DNA of 64,000 nucleotides from Vicugna vicugna (lineage: Eukaryota), in NCBI GenBank assembly GCA_013265495.1, contig MU058584.1:6786407-6850406 (forward strand), read 5' to 3'. Position 1 is the stretch's first letter; every line of letters begins with the position of its first letter. The notes under the pieces are model-generated. The model worked only from the letters and a program-made list of their open reading frames with translations, had not been told where the DNA came from and made no database searches. Below, piece by piece: positions 1 to 13,614 of this stretch. Both the position numbers and the translations under genes were made by a program.

Positions 1-1770
1 TAGAAAAAAAACACTCTTCAAACAAAAGTCCAGGACCAGACGGCTTTACTGGGGAATTCTACCAAACATACAAAGAAGAACTCATACTGACCCTTCTCAA
101 ACTCTTCCAAAGGATTGGAGAGGAGGGAATACTCCCAGACTTATTTTATGGAGCCATCATCACCCTGATACCAAAAGCAGACAAAGACACTACCAAAAAA
201 GAAAATTATAGGGCAACATCTTTGATAAATACAGATGCAAAATCCTCAACAAAATATTAGCAAGCTGAATTCAACAACATGTAAAAAAGATCAGACACTA
301 TGATCAAGTTGGATCATAAGGATGGTTCAATAGACACAAATCCATCAATATGACACACCACATCAACAAAAGAAAAGACAAAAGCCACATGCTCATCTTA
401 ATAGATGCATAAAAAGCATTTGATAAAATTTAACATTCATTCATGATAAAATTCTTGCCAAAGTGGGTATAGAGGGAACATGTCTTGTAAAAGCTATTTG
501 TGACAAACCCACAGCCAACGTGATACCCAGGGGTGAAAAGCTGAAAGCTTTCCTGCTGAATTCTGGAACAAGACAAGGATGCCCTCTCTCACCACTTCTA
601 GTCAATATAATATTGGAAGTTCTAGTCATAGCAGTCAGAGGAGAAATAAAGAAATAAAAGGAATCCAAATTGGAAGGGAAGAGGTAAAATTGTCACTAAA
701 TGCAGATGACCTAATAGTCTATATAGAAACCCTAATGACTCCATGCAAAAACTATTAGAACTGATAAATGAATTCAGCAAGGTAACAGGATACAAAATTA
801 ACATATAGAAATCTGTTGCATTTCTTTACACTAACAATGAAATACTTGAAAAAGAAAGTTTAAAAGTCCCATTTAAAATTGAATTAAAAAAAATCTAAGA
901 ATAAACCTAACCAAGGAGGTGAAAGACTTATATGCTGAGAAGTATAAAACATTGATAAAGGAAACCAAAGATAATTCAAGGAAATAGAAAGATATCCCAG
1001 GATCCTGTATTGGAAGAATTAATATTGTTAAAATGGCCATACTACCCAAAGCAATCTATAGAATTAATGTGATCCCTATTAAATTACCCAGGACATTTTC
1101 CACAGGGCCAGAACAAATAATCCCAAAATTTATATAGAATCACAAAAGACCCAAAATTGCTAAAGGAATACTAAAGAAAAAGAATAAAGCTGGAGGCATA
1201 AACCTCCAAGACTTCAGACAATACTGCAAAGCTACAGTAATCAAAACAGCATGTTATTGGCAGAAAAACATATATATGGATCAGCAGAAAAGAACAGAGA
1301 GCCCAGAAATAAACCCTTATACCTACATTCAATTAATCTTCAACAAAGAAGGCAAGCATACACAATAGAGAAAAGAAAGTCTCTTCAGCAAGTGGTGTTT
1401 GGAAAGTTGGACAATCACATGTAGATCAATGAGGTTAGAACACTCCCTCACCTCATACACAAACATAAACTCAAAATGGCTTAAAGACTTAAACATAAGA
1501 CAAGACACCACAAACCTCCTAGAAGAGAACATAGGCAAATCATAGCTGTTTTTCTTAGATTAGTCTCCTAAGGCAAAAGAAAGAAAAGAAAAAAATAGAT
1601 AAATGGGACCTAATTAAACTTAAAAGCTTTTGCACAGCAAAGGAAACCATAAACAAGGTAAAAAAATTAGGAGAAAATATTCGCAAAATGATGTGATTGA
1701 CAAGGGCTTAATTTCCAAAATATATAAACAGCACATACAACTCAGTATCAAAAAAACAAACAACCCAAAC
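1..1770 (+). mobile_element. LINE-1 ORF2 fragment (RT and downstream region), decayed
   Basis: Typical L1 ORF2 sequence: 'ccaggaccagacggctttactggggaattctaccaaacat', [13 protein letters not shown] motif, remnant of the FADD motif (gcagatgac), 'gctggaggcata...ccaagacttcagacaatact'. Many stops and frameshifts. Confidence 0.93.
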
Positions 1771-2349
1771 ATTCACGGTGTTGCACATACACATGGGGGC
1801 ACCCAGCAGTGTCACCCCAAGGTGAATAGAATTCAGGCTTGTCACCCGTTTCGGGCTGTACAAAGGAAAGGGGTTTGGGCTTCTTTTGGAGGAGTTAAGT
1901 TAGGGGAAGGCAGCCAGGAAACCATGGTGAACAGGGGTGTTTAGTGGGGTTTGCTCACTGGGCATTTTCTCTGTAAATGTAACTTTCCTTTGCAGGAGCA
2001 AAGCTTATGCCTTGTTCTAGAGCTGCACCTGCTGATTCTCAGTGGCCATTACGTCAAATAATCCACATGCCAAGGAGATACATTCTGTGGTGGTGTGTTC
2101 TGGTGCCCTTGTTTCTCTACTGACTCAGCAGGACACTTGCTGAGACCACGTTATGAAGGCCCAGCCAGGATGGGGCCAATGTCAAGGCCAAGGTGGAGTC
2201 AAGGACGGGGTCTGGGTGCAACATGGTCAGGGAGGGTCTTGGTCACCTTCACGATCCTGGGTATGTGCTTGGTGTCTCTGTGTCCTGATCTCCTCTTCTT
2301 ATAAGGACGCCAGTCCTATAGGATCTATTACCTCAGAGTGAAGGGGGAT

Positions 2350-2640
2350 TGTGTACCCCGCAGGGAAAGAGTTGTCCATGTCCTGATCCCAGAGCCTCAG
2401 GACATGACCTTATTTGAAAGTAGGGCCTGGTCATATAAGTAGGTGAGACAAGGGCATTAGGGTGGCCCCAATCCTGTGTGACTGTTTACTTGTATGATGA
2501 GGGGAGACAGACACAGAAGAGAAGCCATGTGAAGATGGAGGCAGAGATGAGAGGGGTGCATCCGTAAGTCCAGGGACGCCCAGGGCCCCCAGAAGCTGGG
2601 AGAGGCAGGAAGGACCCTCCCCTGGAGCCTCAGCACTTCC
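2350..2640 (+). mobile_element. MLT1-type MaLR LTR, 5' part
   Basis: 'gaccttatttgaaagtagggcc...gaagccatgtgaagatggaggcagagat...cagaagctgggagaggcaggaaggaccctcccctggagcct' matches MLT1 consensus motifs. Confidence 0.7.
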
Positions 2641-3017
2641 CAAATAGACAGTCGCTATGGGTAGGTCTGGAATGAAGGCAGTGCTGTGGCCCCAGGCAGG
2701 TCTGTGTTCCCCACAGGGCGCCCCGTGGGACAGCTTGCAGGATGCTGACCGGAGAGTTGGTTTCACATGAGACCATAGGGTGCTGGTCCTCGGAACACGC
2801 AGGCCCGTCTTGCCCTTCCTCCTGGGCTCTGGTCACATGGGGTGTCTGTGCGTCGTGTGGGGCTGGACTCTCTGCCTCTGCACAGGACCTCTGGGTGTTG
2901 GTTGTAAGTGCAGTTATACACCCCAAGAGTGACAAGAGATGAATTTCTCACCAGCCCCAGGCAGGGGGGGCACGGAGTCACAATTAATTATTGAGTTAAA
3001 AGCAGAAAAAAATTTTC

Positions 3018-3370
3018 CTCAGCCATGAAGATGAGTGAAGCATTGACACAGGCTACAATGTGGATAAACCTCAAAAACAAGGTAATCACAGAAGAGAGAA
3101 GCCAGACACAGAAGAACAATTAGAGTGCGATTCCATTTCCATGAAACAGGCAAATCCATAGAGGCAGAAAGTGGATTAGTGATGCTGGGGGCTGTGGAAA
3201 CGAGGGGTGACCTCGAAAGGGCAGGGATTTGTGGAAGACAAAGGAAATGTTCTAAAATAGCTTGTGCTGATGGTTGCAGCACGTTGTGAATACACAAACC
3301 ACCACTGAGCTTTAGACTTAAAATGGGTGAATTAATCACATAAATGATTATGTGAATTAAATTTCAATAA
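3018..3370 (+). mobile_element. Old L1M 3' end fragment
   Basis: 'gagagaagccagacacagaag...ttccatttccatgaaacaggcaaatccatagaggcagaaagtggattagtg...aaatgttctaaaatag...gatggttgcagcacgttgtgaatac'. Confidence 0.7.
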
Positions 3371-4699
3371 GGGTGTTATCAAACGTGAAAAACTGGAGGC
3401 TTCCAGTTCCACCTCCACAATCTGACCCCGGAGGTGTGGGGTTAGGCAGGACACGCTTGTCTGAAAGCTCTGGTGTGTCCACCAGGTGCTCCGAGGGCGC
3501 CTCACAAAATTCTCACCATGGCATCAGACACATCATGGTTAGACTTCAGCCAGTGAGACTGGATCCCATAGCCTTGCCACTTTCTCTTAGGGATGCTGGC
3601 ATCACCCCTGTTGGAGGAGGTGGGTAAGCTCGAACACCGCTTCTTTCTTCTGCATGTTTCTTCCCTCGCAGAAGTGGTGATGGCCAAGTTGTGTCACAGC
3701 AACCAGTCATGCACAGAATGACTGAGAAGTCTGACCAGGTGAGGCGGGCTCCACGGAGGCGATAACCCAGGACAGAAGACCCAGAGCCCCCTGAGTTTCG
3801 GGCCCCAGTGTCCTGCTCGCAGAAGCTGCTGTCACACTTAATGGTTGAAGCAGCCATGGCATCAAAATTTCACTGGTAGAAACTGTCCTCTTGTTCTTCC
3901 CTGGGAGAAGCAGGCCTCCCTGTACTTTGTTGGGGGGGGCCCTTTTTTAATAAAAAAAAGATTAATTACACATTAAAAATTACATTGTATACATGTGAGG
4001 AGTAATCATAAAGATAAAGAAACAGAACATGAGGAGCGGGCACCCAGGGGTGCCCTTCCCTCATCACAACGCCCTCCCCACCACGAGAGAGCTGTTCTCC
4101 CGATTTTGTGACAGTCATCCTGTCCTCACACTTCACCCCCAGGTGTGCATGCGTAAATAACCCAGCCCAGCTTTGCCTGGTCCCAAACTCCGTACCCAGG
4201 TTCACCGTGCCTTCTGCTTTGTCCCTCTTGGTGGCTCAACACTGTGTCCATGAGAGCCTTTCATCTTATGGATATAGTTTTTTTAAAAAATAATTTTTAT
4301 AGTTTTTAATAACTTTAAATTAAAAAGTACTCAGGTGTTGTGGAATAGTCCTTTGTATGAGCCTGCATGGTTCATTTCTGCATTTGCTTGTGATGGCCTT
4401 CAGGTTTGGCGGTGGAGTCCTTGTCCATGTGTCGCAGTGCAGTGCTCATGGGTCTGTGTTTAACTGGGAGCAGCACTGTGGGTCCGTGTGTGCACAGACT
4501 TCACTATCTGAGTCCAGAGTGCCAGGCTTTCCATTGCTCCACATCCTGCTGATATGTGATGCTGTGTCTGTAATGTTTGCCAGTCAGGTACGTGTATGCA
4601 TAGATTTTTCTTGTGGTCTTAATTTCCTGGGTTATTAGTGAAATTGTGCATCTTGTTGCATTCATGGAGTGCGTCCTGTTGTTTTTTAAAGTTTTTAAA

Positions 4700-4955
4700 A
4701 ACATGGTCAAATACAGGTAACATAAAATTTACCATCTTGACCATTTTTAAGTGCACATATCAGGGTCATGAATTAATTCACACTGTTGTACAACCACGAC
4801 CGCCATCCATCTCTAGAACTTTTTCTTCTTGCAAAACTGAAACTGTCCCCATTAAATATGAACTTCCCATCCCCCCCCCTTAGCTCCTGGCACTCACCAT
4901 CCTAATTTCTAGCTCTGGATCTGACTGCTTTAGGGGCCTCATATGAGGGGAATCA
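4700..4955 (-). mobile_element. L1MB-like 3' end fragment
   Basis: 'aacataaaatttaccatcttgaccatttttaagtgcaca...cactgttgtacaaccac...catctctagaactttttc' is the reverse of an L1M 3' UTR end. Confidence 0.7.
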
Positions 4956-5807
4956 AATGGCCCCAGAACTGAGAAAATAAATACACTTCTGGTGTTTAAG
5001 CCACGTGGTTTGTGGTCATTGGTTTTGGCAGCCTGCTAGGCTAGTTCACTAAACCTCCTAAGACTCAGAGAAGACCCACGTTTGCCAGGGCAAGGTTGGA
5101 TAGACCTTCCAGGTCCTGTTGCCTCATCAACGACTAACGGGACTTCCTGTCCCCATGGATCAATCAGAACAAGGTTTTCAACCACACTGGTCCAGCTTCT
5201 CTTCTCCCTCCAGGCCTCTGGACTTTGGCCACCCTCAGCCTGAGTGAGTAGATGGCCCTTCCCGGGGACCCCTCCTGAGAGCTAGCTGAGGGCAAGGACA
5301 GACATTCCCTGACCACTGTCCCATGACACCACCCGCTCCCCACACCCAGTCCTCTGTTTTGTGTACTCCCGATGCTTGCACACTTGTGGTCACAGTGTCC
5401 TCTCTACCTCAGGTCCAGTACCTGCCAAGTGCATATGGACATTTTGAACCAAACTCTCCCTTTAAAAGTAATCTGATGGATTCTACATCCCGTAATGACT
5501 TTACGCTCAATATCATCCATTTAAATCTCTGTAAAATCCATGGCTAACCTCTTGGCTTTTTTCTGATGGACCACAGTGGACAGAATCAGATAATCATTCA
5601 ACCAGATCATGACTTGTTCTTAGCCCTTCTGAGCTCTCTTTCACATACTTATTTGCTTATTAGAGTTTAATAAGCACCTGTGAACCCACCACCCATAACA
5701 AAGCTATGTTCCCCACCCCCATCTAATCCAGGCAACCACTTGTGTGTGCATCCATCCCTGTTTTGCTTCTGATGGAATTTGTTACCATGTGGAGTACGGC
5801 CAGACTA

Positions 5808-6260
5808 GTTTCCTGTGGTTGCTGTAACAAGTTACTGCAATCTGGGTGCCTTAAAACAGTAGCAATTTATTCTCTCAATTTGTGGAAGCCAGAAGTCTAA
5901 AATCAACGTGCGGGCAGGGACAGTTCTTCCAGACACTTAAGGGGAGAATCCATCCAGGGCTCTGTTCCAGCTTCTGGTGCTTCCTGGGGACCCCTGATGT
6001 TCCTCACTTTGTAGACATATCACCCCCATCTCTGCTCCATCGTCTCATGGCTTCTCTTTGTGTCCCTTCCTCTGTGCGTCTCTTATAAGGACACTGTCAT
6101 TGGTGTAGAGCCACCCAGGTAAGCCAGGATGATCTTTTCTCAAATCCTTCACTAAATGGCCTCTGCGAAGACACTATTTCCAAATAAGGTCACTTTCACA
6201 GCTTCCAGGAATTAGGAGGTGGGCGTGTCTGTCTCGAGGTCACCATTCAATCCACTACAA
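5808..6260 (-). mobile_element. MLT1-type MaLR LTR
   Basis: 'gttgctgtaacaagttactgcaatctgggtgccttaaaacag...agccagaagtctaaaatcaa...tcttataaggacactgtcattgg...ccaaataaggtcactttcacag'. Confidence 0.75.
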
Positions 6261-8559
6261 TTCCTAAAAGAGTGTACATTTTACCTTTTAATTTGCATAA
6301 CTTTTTTAAAGTTTTATGCTGTATGTAACCTTTGGGGACTTACTTTTCCCCTTAATGGTGTATTTCTAAGCTTTGCCCATGTTGGGAGGGGTCTGCAGCT
6401 CGTTCATTCTGATTGCTGGGTGACCCCTCATGACGGGAACCCCGTGCAGCCTCCTTCCCTCCTCCACTCTCCTGCTGGGTGTCTTTGGGAGTGTTTCCAC
6501 ATCTATGCTGCTCTGGCTGGGGTTGCTGCAAACACTCCGATGAACACACCATACTCTTGGATTTGTATCAGGGAAGATTGACCAAGAGTTCACGCCAAAC
6601 AGTTTCCTGAAGGGTTGCACCATTCTGAACTCCCACCAGCAAAATTCCAAAGTATCTTGTGGATCTAGAGCCCACATGTGGTCTACTGTCCAGTGTTTCA
6701 GTCTTGCTGTAGAGGGCGCAGAACAATTTCTCACGTCATCTTAATTTGCACCCCCAACCATCTCACACCTATGTCAATCGTCCCATTCAGTTTGCTCTCA
6801 TGTGAAACAGTGTTCGTGACTTGGCCCAATTTTCTGCTGGGCTATGTATTATTGGGATATATGTATGGCTATTGATTATTGGGTTATTTTATATGCATGT
6901 GTATGTAAATTAAGTTAATACATATAAATTTAGACAAATGCATAATGTCATGTATCCACCATTATAGTATCATACAGAGTATTTTCACTGCCCTGAAAAT
7001 CCTCTGTGCTTTGGAACGCTGTCCATCTCATTCCACCTTTCCCCATGTGGTACTTTATTTTCATAAAGGGCTCTTACTGTAGGATGTGCTTGAAGTGCAG
7101 TTCCTTCAAATCTATGTATTTAGCTTATTCTGCTTGTAGAAGATAATTGGTGTGTCCATCCCTCCCTGCCTGGCCCACCAGCCTGGGCAGATTCTCTTGT
7201 AGCCAAAACTCATTTCAATGTCCACTGCAAGAAAAATGTGTGTGTTTGTGTTGAGAGGAGGCACACAAACCCAGCAAGAGACAAACTATAGGACGCATCC
7301 CTAAAAGCAGCCCCATCGAGTTCAGAATGAGATGGATCCCAGGTGAACACAGTTCCTATTTAAGTCACAAAAAACGAGATCAAAACGCTGCTTCTCATTA
7401 ATCCGCTGAATGTGCAATGATGCATTACTACCTAGAACTCTGAGTTACTTTAACAGCTTTATCGAGGTGTAATTGACTTAGGGCAAATACACACATTTAA
7501 AAGGTACAATTTGATATGTTTTGAAGTATGTGTACCCCCATCATGATAAAGGATATACTGTTGACAAAAAAATTAATCAATATTCAATAGAAGAAAGATA
7601 TGGAAAACTTCATTCAAACCAGTCTGAGGATTATAACCTGGGAAACAGTTTTTCAGAAAGTGACTCCTTCCAAACCACGCATTCTCCTGCTCCCTGGATG
7701 AGGGGCACACGTCCTGGCTTGGGAACCTCTGGTCTCGGCTCGGTTCTCCCAGGAGCATGTGGAACTGTGCATCTGTGGTCAACACAGAGATCAGTGTTCT
7801 CGAGTATATCGTGGAGGTGCCCTGAGCTGCCAGGCAGCCTGCAGGAAGGGCTTCCCTGTGCCTGCCCGTGCAAAGGACCTATCTGTAACTTTCTAAGCTG
7901 AGAATTTGATTCTGTTCTACTTCACATTACAAGTAATTTACAAGTTATTACATTCCAATTTATTTCTGTATGGCTTTAAGATACACCAAATTTTGCATGA
8001 TTATAAAACGACAATGTGAGTCTAGAGAAACTTCTTCTCATTGTCATTTAGAACATTACCAAGAATTTGCCAACATCTTGGAAAACTGCATCTCCTGGCA
8101 AAGTGTCTCAGAGTTTCTGAATTTTCAGTAAATGCACTGGCATTGCTGTCACCACAGTAATTCAAATTATACACAAAGATGTCTATTTATACTCATTTTA
8201 AAATATTAAATATAAAAGATTGAATCAAATTGAATGTCATCTCTCTTTTCTTAAATCTAAATTGAAGAAAAATTGAAGCAAGTGTCTGATTACTTAGTGT
8301 AGTTGAAGCCAAGCACTCACCTATTAAATTATGTATTAAAATACATTTACTTTACTTCTCTGCACTATTGTAAATATAACTGTGTATATAAACACACACA
8401 CACATAATTATATTTAAATTATATGCGTAGAGAGATTATATTATTTCTGCATTTGATTTTAGAAAGTGAGAATAATGTTACAAAATACTTGATGTAAAAG
8501 GGGTGAGGGTCTGATGGGCCGACAGAGCCGCCATGACAGCATTCACAGAATCGGAAAGA

Positions 8560-9450
8560 CAGACAACAAGGGAGAACCTGGAACCTTCCAACACTGCTGG
8601 TGGAAATGTGAACGGTGCCGCCGTTTTGGAAAACAGCCTGGCAGTTCCTCAAAATGTCAGACAAGGAGTCATTACATGACCCAGCAATTCCACTCCTATG
8701 TAGAACCCCCAAGAGAAAGGAAAACAGAAGGGGGTCCATCCACACAATGGAATATTAGGCTTAAAAGGGAATAAAGCACTGACGCAGGCTACACGGTAGG
8801 TGAACCTTGGAAACACGATGCACAATGAGAGAAGCCAGACGCAGAAGGGCCCTGGCTTAGTCCGTGTGGGCTGCCATGACGAAATACCAGACTGAACAAC
8901 AGAAATGTCTTTCCTACAGTTCTGGAGGCCAGCAGTCTGTGGTCAGGGTGTCAGGACGGTCAGGCTCTGCCGAGGCTCTCTTCCTGGTTGCAGGCAGCAT
9001 CTTCTCTCTGTGTCTTCACATGGAGGAACGGGTGAAGGACGTCTCTGGGGTCTCTTGTATACGGACACTAATCTCATTCAAGGGACTCCACCCTCACAAC
9101 CTTGTCACGTCCTCAAGTCCCATGGCCAACTACCACCACCTTAGGTGTCACGACTTTGGCATGGGAATCTTGCAGGGGGCACCAACACCCAGCCCAGAAC
9201 AGCCACAAACTGTACGATTCTATTTTTAGAAAACATTCAGAATGGGCGAACCCACAGAGACAGGAAATGGGTTAGTGGTGGCTGGGGTTGGGGGAGCAGG
9301 GTGGGGCCTCTTTTCATGGGCTGAGAATGTTTTGGACCACACAGAGGTGGTGCTTGCCCAACATTGTGACTGTAATAAATGCCACTGAGTTGTCTACTTT
9401 AATGATAAACGGTGATTTTTATGTTACATACATTTTTCCACAATTAAAAA
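8560..9450 (+). mobile_element. L1MB-like 3' fragment interrupted by a minus-strand MLT1 LTR (~8855-9200)
   Basis: L1 3' sequence 'ctgctggtggaaatgtgaacggtgc...gacccagcaattccactcct...gagaagccagacgcagaaggg' resumes at 'ccacaaactgtacgattctattt'. Between them is the MLT1 pattern 'ttagtccgtgtgggctgccatgacgaaataccagactg...cagttctggaggcc'. Confidence 0.7.
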
Positions 9451-10143
9451 AAATCGTTTGTCATATCAACAACTTGATCCCACAGGGAATTCCCATTTCT
9501 GCTGAGAGACCCCTCTGTTTGCCCAGGTGATTCCTGGGACCCCGGGTGACAATGTGGGGGCTGTGGAGGGTAAACAAGGACATAACGACTCCACACTGAG
9601 ATGGTCCAGAGGCAGACACAGCGCTGGACCTGCATGTAGATGCAGCCCCAATATCGTGGGGCAGAATCTGCCTGGAGAGTTGACCTGCATTATCATTGCG
9701 AACAGCCCCGTGGGGCGGGTGGCCGTGCACTGACTGACTAACAGACTAACCACAGCCCCGGTTGCCAGGGTCAGGGTTCCATTTCCCTTGCCCCAAGGCC
9801 AGGACCCACCCGGGGAAGGGGATGGCGCTGTGGTCAGTCCATGGGCTGCTGGAGCACAGGCACAGCACAGAGTGAGCTTGGAGCACTTCCTGCTGCTTGA
9901 AAACCCTCAAGGTAGAAGTGTGATTTTTACATAATGCCTGGGAGCCCTGAAAAGTTGTTTTCTCAGGTGTGCTGATAACACCACCCCATCCATGCACGGA
10001 TGCTGGGAAACAAGCTGCTAGAAAACAAGCTGCACCTAAATTTCCATGAGCTTAAAATATTATATTCACACTTACTTGCTTAAAATGCACATGTGTGCTT
10101 TGTTTTAATGTTTCACGCAGTAGATGACCTGTAACACGTATTA

Positions 10144-10630
10144 TGCTAAAGAAAATCTGTGAGGGGCAATCCTGAGACTGACCATAAGGGCACAAAGGAG
10201 GGCAGATACTTCCTTAGGGTAAAACAACGGATGGTCCTGGAAAGCCAGATCATCCATTAACAGAATTTTGTCCTGGCATGAAAGCATGTGGTTTAACCCA
10301 GGGGAAATATTTGCTATCTCAAGATGTCCTGGAGGCAATAACAGGATAGACTTAGAAATTTTGCATACCCCGAGGAGGGTGATTGTTCCTGGAAGGGGTA
10401 GGCCTGAAATTAATCAGTTAATCAGCAAGCAGAATATAGTGCTTATCGCACGGAATATCTAAAGCCCCACCTCTTTGATTGAATTTTTTTTCTGAGCTGT
10501 ATACTTCTAATAAATACGATATTGACCAGGCTTTCGGCACTCTAGGTCCATGAAATTTTGAGGCCCCTGGTCCCATCTTTGCTCTTTATTTTGTCTCTTT
10601 GTTTCTTAAGTCTTGCATTGCCTGTCCTCA
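10144..10630 (+). mobile_element. Probable ERV solo LTR
   Basis: ~490 bp TG...CA-bounded segment with an AATAAA at ~10509 followed by a T-rich U5-like tail. No clear target-site duplication (TSD). Confidence 0.4.
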
Positions 10631-10947
10631 GACACGGTCCCGAGCTGCGCTGGACGCAGCACATGGAAGCTGCCTGCCTGGCTTACTCTCCCCATGGTAG
10701 TTGGAGATGAGCCCTTGCTCCTCTGCAGAATCTACCACCACAGCCTCCTGGGGGGCCCTCCTGATCCCTGAGATAGAATCCCGCCTGAGGCTCCTGATAC
10801 AGTGAGCTCCCACTCAGGCCAGCCTGTGAGGTCACGCAGAAGTTTGAGTAGTCAGACCCCAAAGCAGTAGAACGTGATCCTGGGCACCAGCATGTCCACT
10901 GTGCCCAACGGAGTCCCTGCGAGCAAGTGTGAGATCACTTCTTAGGG

Positions 10948-11600
10948 CACTGTTGGTGGGAATGTAAATTTGTGCAGCCACTATGAAAAAAAGTATGGAA
11001 GTTTCTCAAAAAGTTAAAAATAGAAATGCCACATGATTGAGCAATTCCACTTCTGGACATTTACCTAAAGGAAACAAAAGCTTTAATTTGAAAAGATATA
11101 TGCACCCCTATGTTTGTTACAGCTTTCTTTACAATAGCCAGGTGTCATTTGTAAAAATATAGATGGACCTAGAGGGCATTATGCTAAAGTGAAAGAATTC
11201 AGAGAACAAATACTGTATGATCTCGCTTATAAGTGGAATCTAAAACCCAAAACTAATGAACAAACTAAACAAAGCAGAAACAGACTTATTTATACAGACA
11301 GCAAACTGGTGGTTGCCATAGAGTAGGATTCAGGGTTGGGTGAAACAGGTGAAGGGGATTAAGAGGTACAAACTTTCAGTTATTAAAAAAATAAGTCATG
11401 AGGATGTGTGTGTGTGTGTGTGTGTGTGTATACATCATAAAGAATGTAGTCAATAGTACTATAATAATTTTGTATGATAACAGATGGTTGTTAGACTTAT
11501 CATGGTGATCCTTTCATAACCTGTTCAATTGTCAAATCACTATGTTGTACACCTGAAAGTAACATAATATTGTACATCAAATGTACTTCAAGTTTAAAAG
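10948..11600 (+). mobile_element. L1 (L1MA-like) 3' end containing a (TG)n microsatellite
   Basis: 'cactgttggtgggaatgtaaatttgtgcagccactatg...gcaattccacttctggacatttacc...aatcactatgttgtacacctgaaagtaacataatattgtacatcaaatgtacttcaa'. (TG)n at ~11405-11428. Confidence 0.85.
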
Positions 11601-11614
11601 GTGGTAAAGAAGGA

Positions 11615-12373
11615 AAACCATTATTTATCAAAGAGTCTTTATGATGATTAACTTCATCAATATGAATTTCACTATCCATACCATATCCACTAATCAGCAT
11701 AAATTTAGGTGTATTATTCATATTAGCTGTATCACATTTAGCTGTTTATTCTATTCTCTAATCAAGATGGGTTTCAAATTCAAAATATGCCTTAATTGGT
11801 ATACCCCAAGCAGTAGCACAATGTCACAGGAAATTATTACACTGGCAATTATTCTATTATTAGTACTAATAGTAAATGGATCATATACACTATTAACCCT
11901 AATTATTACTCAAGAATATTTATGATTAATTTTTCATCATGATCACTAGCCATAATATGACTTATTTCAACCCTAGCAGAAACCAACTGAGCCCCTCTTT
12001 TCCTAACAGAGAGCTCCTTTTTTCTTAACAGAGGAAGAGTAAGAACTTGTCTCTGGTTAATGCCAAATATGCTGCAGGTTCATTTTCCTATTTTTTTTCT
12101 AGCAGAATATGCCAATGTTATCATAATACTTTAACAGCATTTCTTTTTCTAGGGGCATTCCACAATCTGTATATACCAGAAAACAATAGAATTAACTTCA
12201 TTTTCAAAACCCTTTTATTTTATTTATTTTTATTAATTCAAGCATCATAACTAGGATTCAGATATGACCAATTTATACATCTCTTATGAAAAAATTTCTT
12301 ACTTTCGCAATAGCTTTATGCATGTGGCACATATCACTTTCCATTATTATATCAAATATCCCATCATAGTATA
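11615..12373 (+). pseudogene. MT-ND1: NUMT ND1 pseudogene (5'-truncated)
   Basis: 'ccatatccactaatcagcataaatttaggtgtattattcatattagct...tcaaattcaaaatatgccttaattggt...ctagcagaaaccaactgagcccct' corresponds to ND1 PYPLINMNLGVLFML...SNSKYALIG...LAETNRAPF. Confidence 0.88.
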
Positions 12374-12580
12374 AAAAATACATCTGATAAGAGTTTCTTT
12401 GATAGAGTGAATAATAGAGGCTTAAACTCTCTTATTTCCAGAATTTTAGGGACTGAACCTAATCCTAAGAATTCAAAAACCTCTGTGTTACCATGTGACA
12501 TCATACTCTATAGTAAAATCAGCTAAATAAACTATTAGATCCATACCCCAAAAATGCTGGTTTATATCCTTCCCATAGTA
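12374..12580. pseudogene. NUMT tRNA-Ile (+, ~12374-12440), tRNA-Gln (-, ~12439-12510) and tRNA-Met (+, ~12512-12580) pseudogenes
   Basis: 'ctttgatagagtgaataatagaggcttaaactctcttatttc' (Ile) and 'agtaaaatcagctaaataaactattagatccataccccaaaaatgctggtttatatccttcccatagta' (Met) lie in IQM order between ND1 and ND2. Confidence 0.88.
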
Positions 12581-13614
12581 ATAAATCCTCTTCTCTTTAT
12601 CATTATTTCACTTACCATTATTACGGATACCATAATCATTATATTAAGCTCATGTTGATTAATAATCTGAATTGGTGTCAAGACAAGTATACTTAATATA
12701 CCAATCCTAATCAAAAATTATAATCCATGATTATAATTAACAACATTAAATCCATGAAGTATCCACTAAATATTTCCTAACACAAGCCACTGCATCTATA
12801 CTTCTCATCATAGCTAATTATTAAATTAGTATATTCTGGTCAGTTAAAAACTACTAAAATTTTTAATCCAACAGCATCTTTTATTATTACAATAAACTTT
12901 ATTGTAAAACTTTGACTTTCCTAATTCCACTTTTGAGTACCAAAAATTACACAAAGTATTCCATTAATATCAGGCTTAACCTGGTCGACATGACAAAAAA
13001 TTGCACCCATATCAGTTTTATATCAAATTCCATCATCAGTTAATCTAAATATGTTAATTATTACTATGGTATCAATTACAGTTAGGAGACTGAGAAAGAC
13101 TCAACCAAACACAACTACAAAAAATTCTGGTCTATTTATCAATTAGCCATTTAGGCTGAATAGCTGCTATCATGATTTAGAACTCAATCATCGTAACTCT
13201 TAATCTATTCATTTATTTTATGTTAACATTTATTACATTCACGTTATTTACTTACAGGTCATCCACCATAACACTTCCACACACATGAAACAGAATACCT
13301 TTTATCACTACCATCATAATTCTTCTGATTATATTATCCCTAGGAGGCCACCCACCATTCATAGGTTTCTTACATAAATGAATAATTATGTAAAAATAGC
13401 AGCATTATTATAAAATTAATACCTATTATAGCATTACTTAATCTATACTTATACATATGTATAACTTAATCTGTGTCACTAACATTACTTCTATCAGTAA
13501 ATAACAAAAATAAAATAATAATTTGAAAATATAAATCAAATACTTTTTAACCTCCATCCATTATTGTATCAGCATTAATCTTTCCCCTAACACCAATATT
13601 ATTAGCACTGGACT
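12581..13614 (+). pseudogene. MT-ND2: NUMT ND2 pseudogene
   Basis: Starts ATA AAT CCT directly after tRNA-Met. Contains 'actaaatatttcctaacacaagccactgcatctata' (TKYFLTQATASM), 'ttccacttttgagtacca' (FHFWVP) and 'ctcaaccaaacacaacta' (LNQTQL). Frameshifted. Confidence 0.88.

Noticed and set aside
2350..5035. MLT1 5' part (2350-2640) and 3' part (~4962-5033) as one LTR split by 2.3 kb
   Set aside because: Plausible, but two independent fragments cannot be excluded by eye, and no TSD was found.
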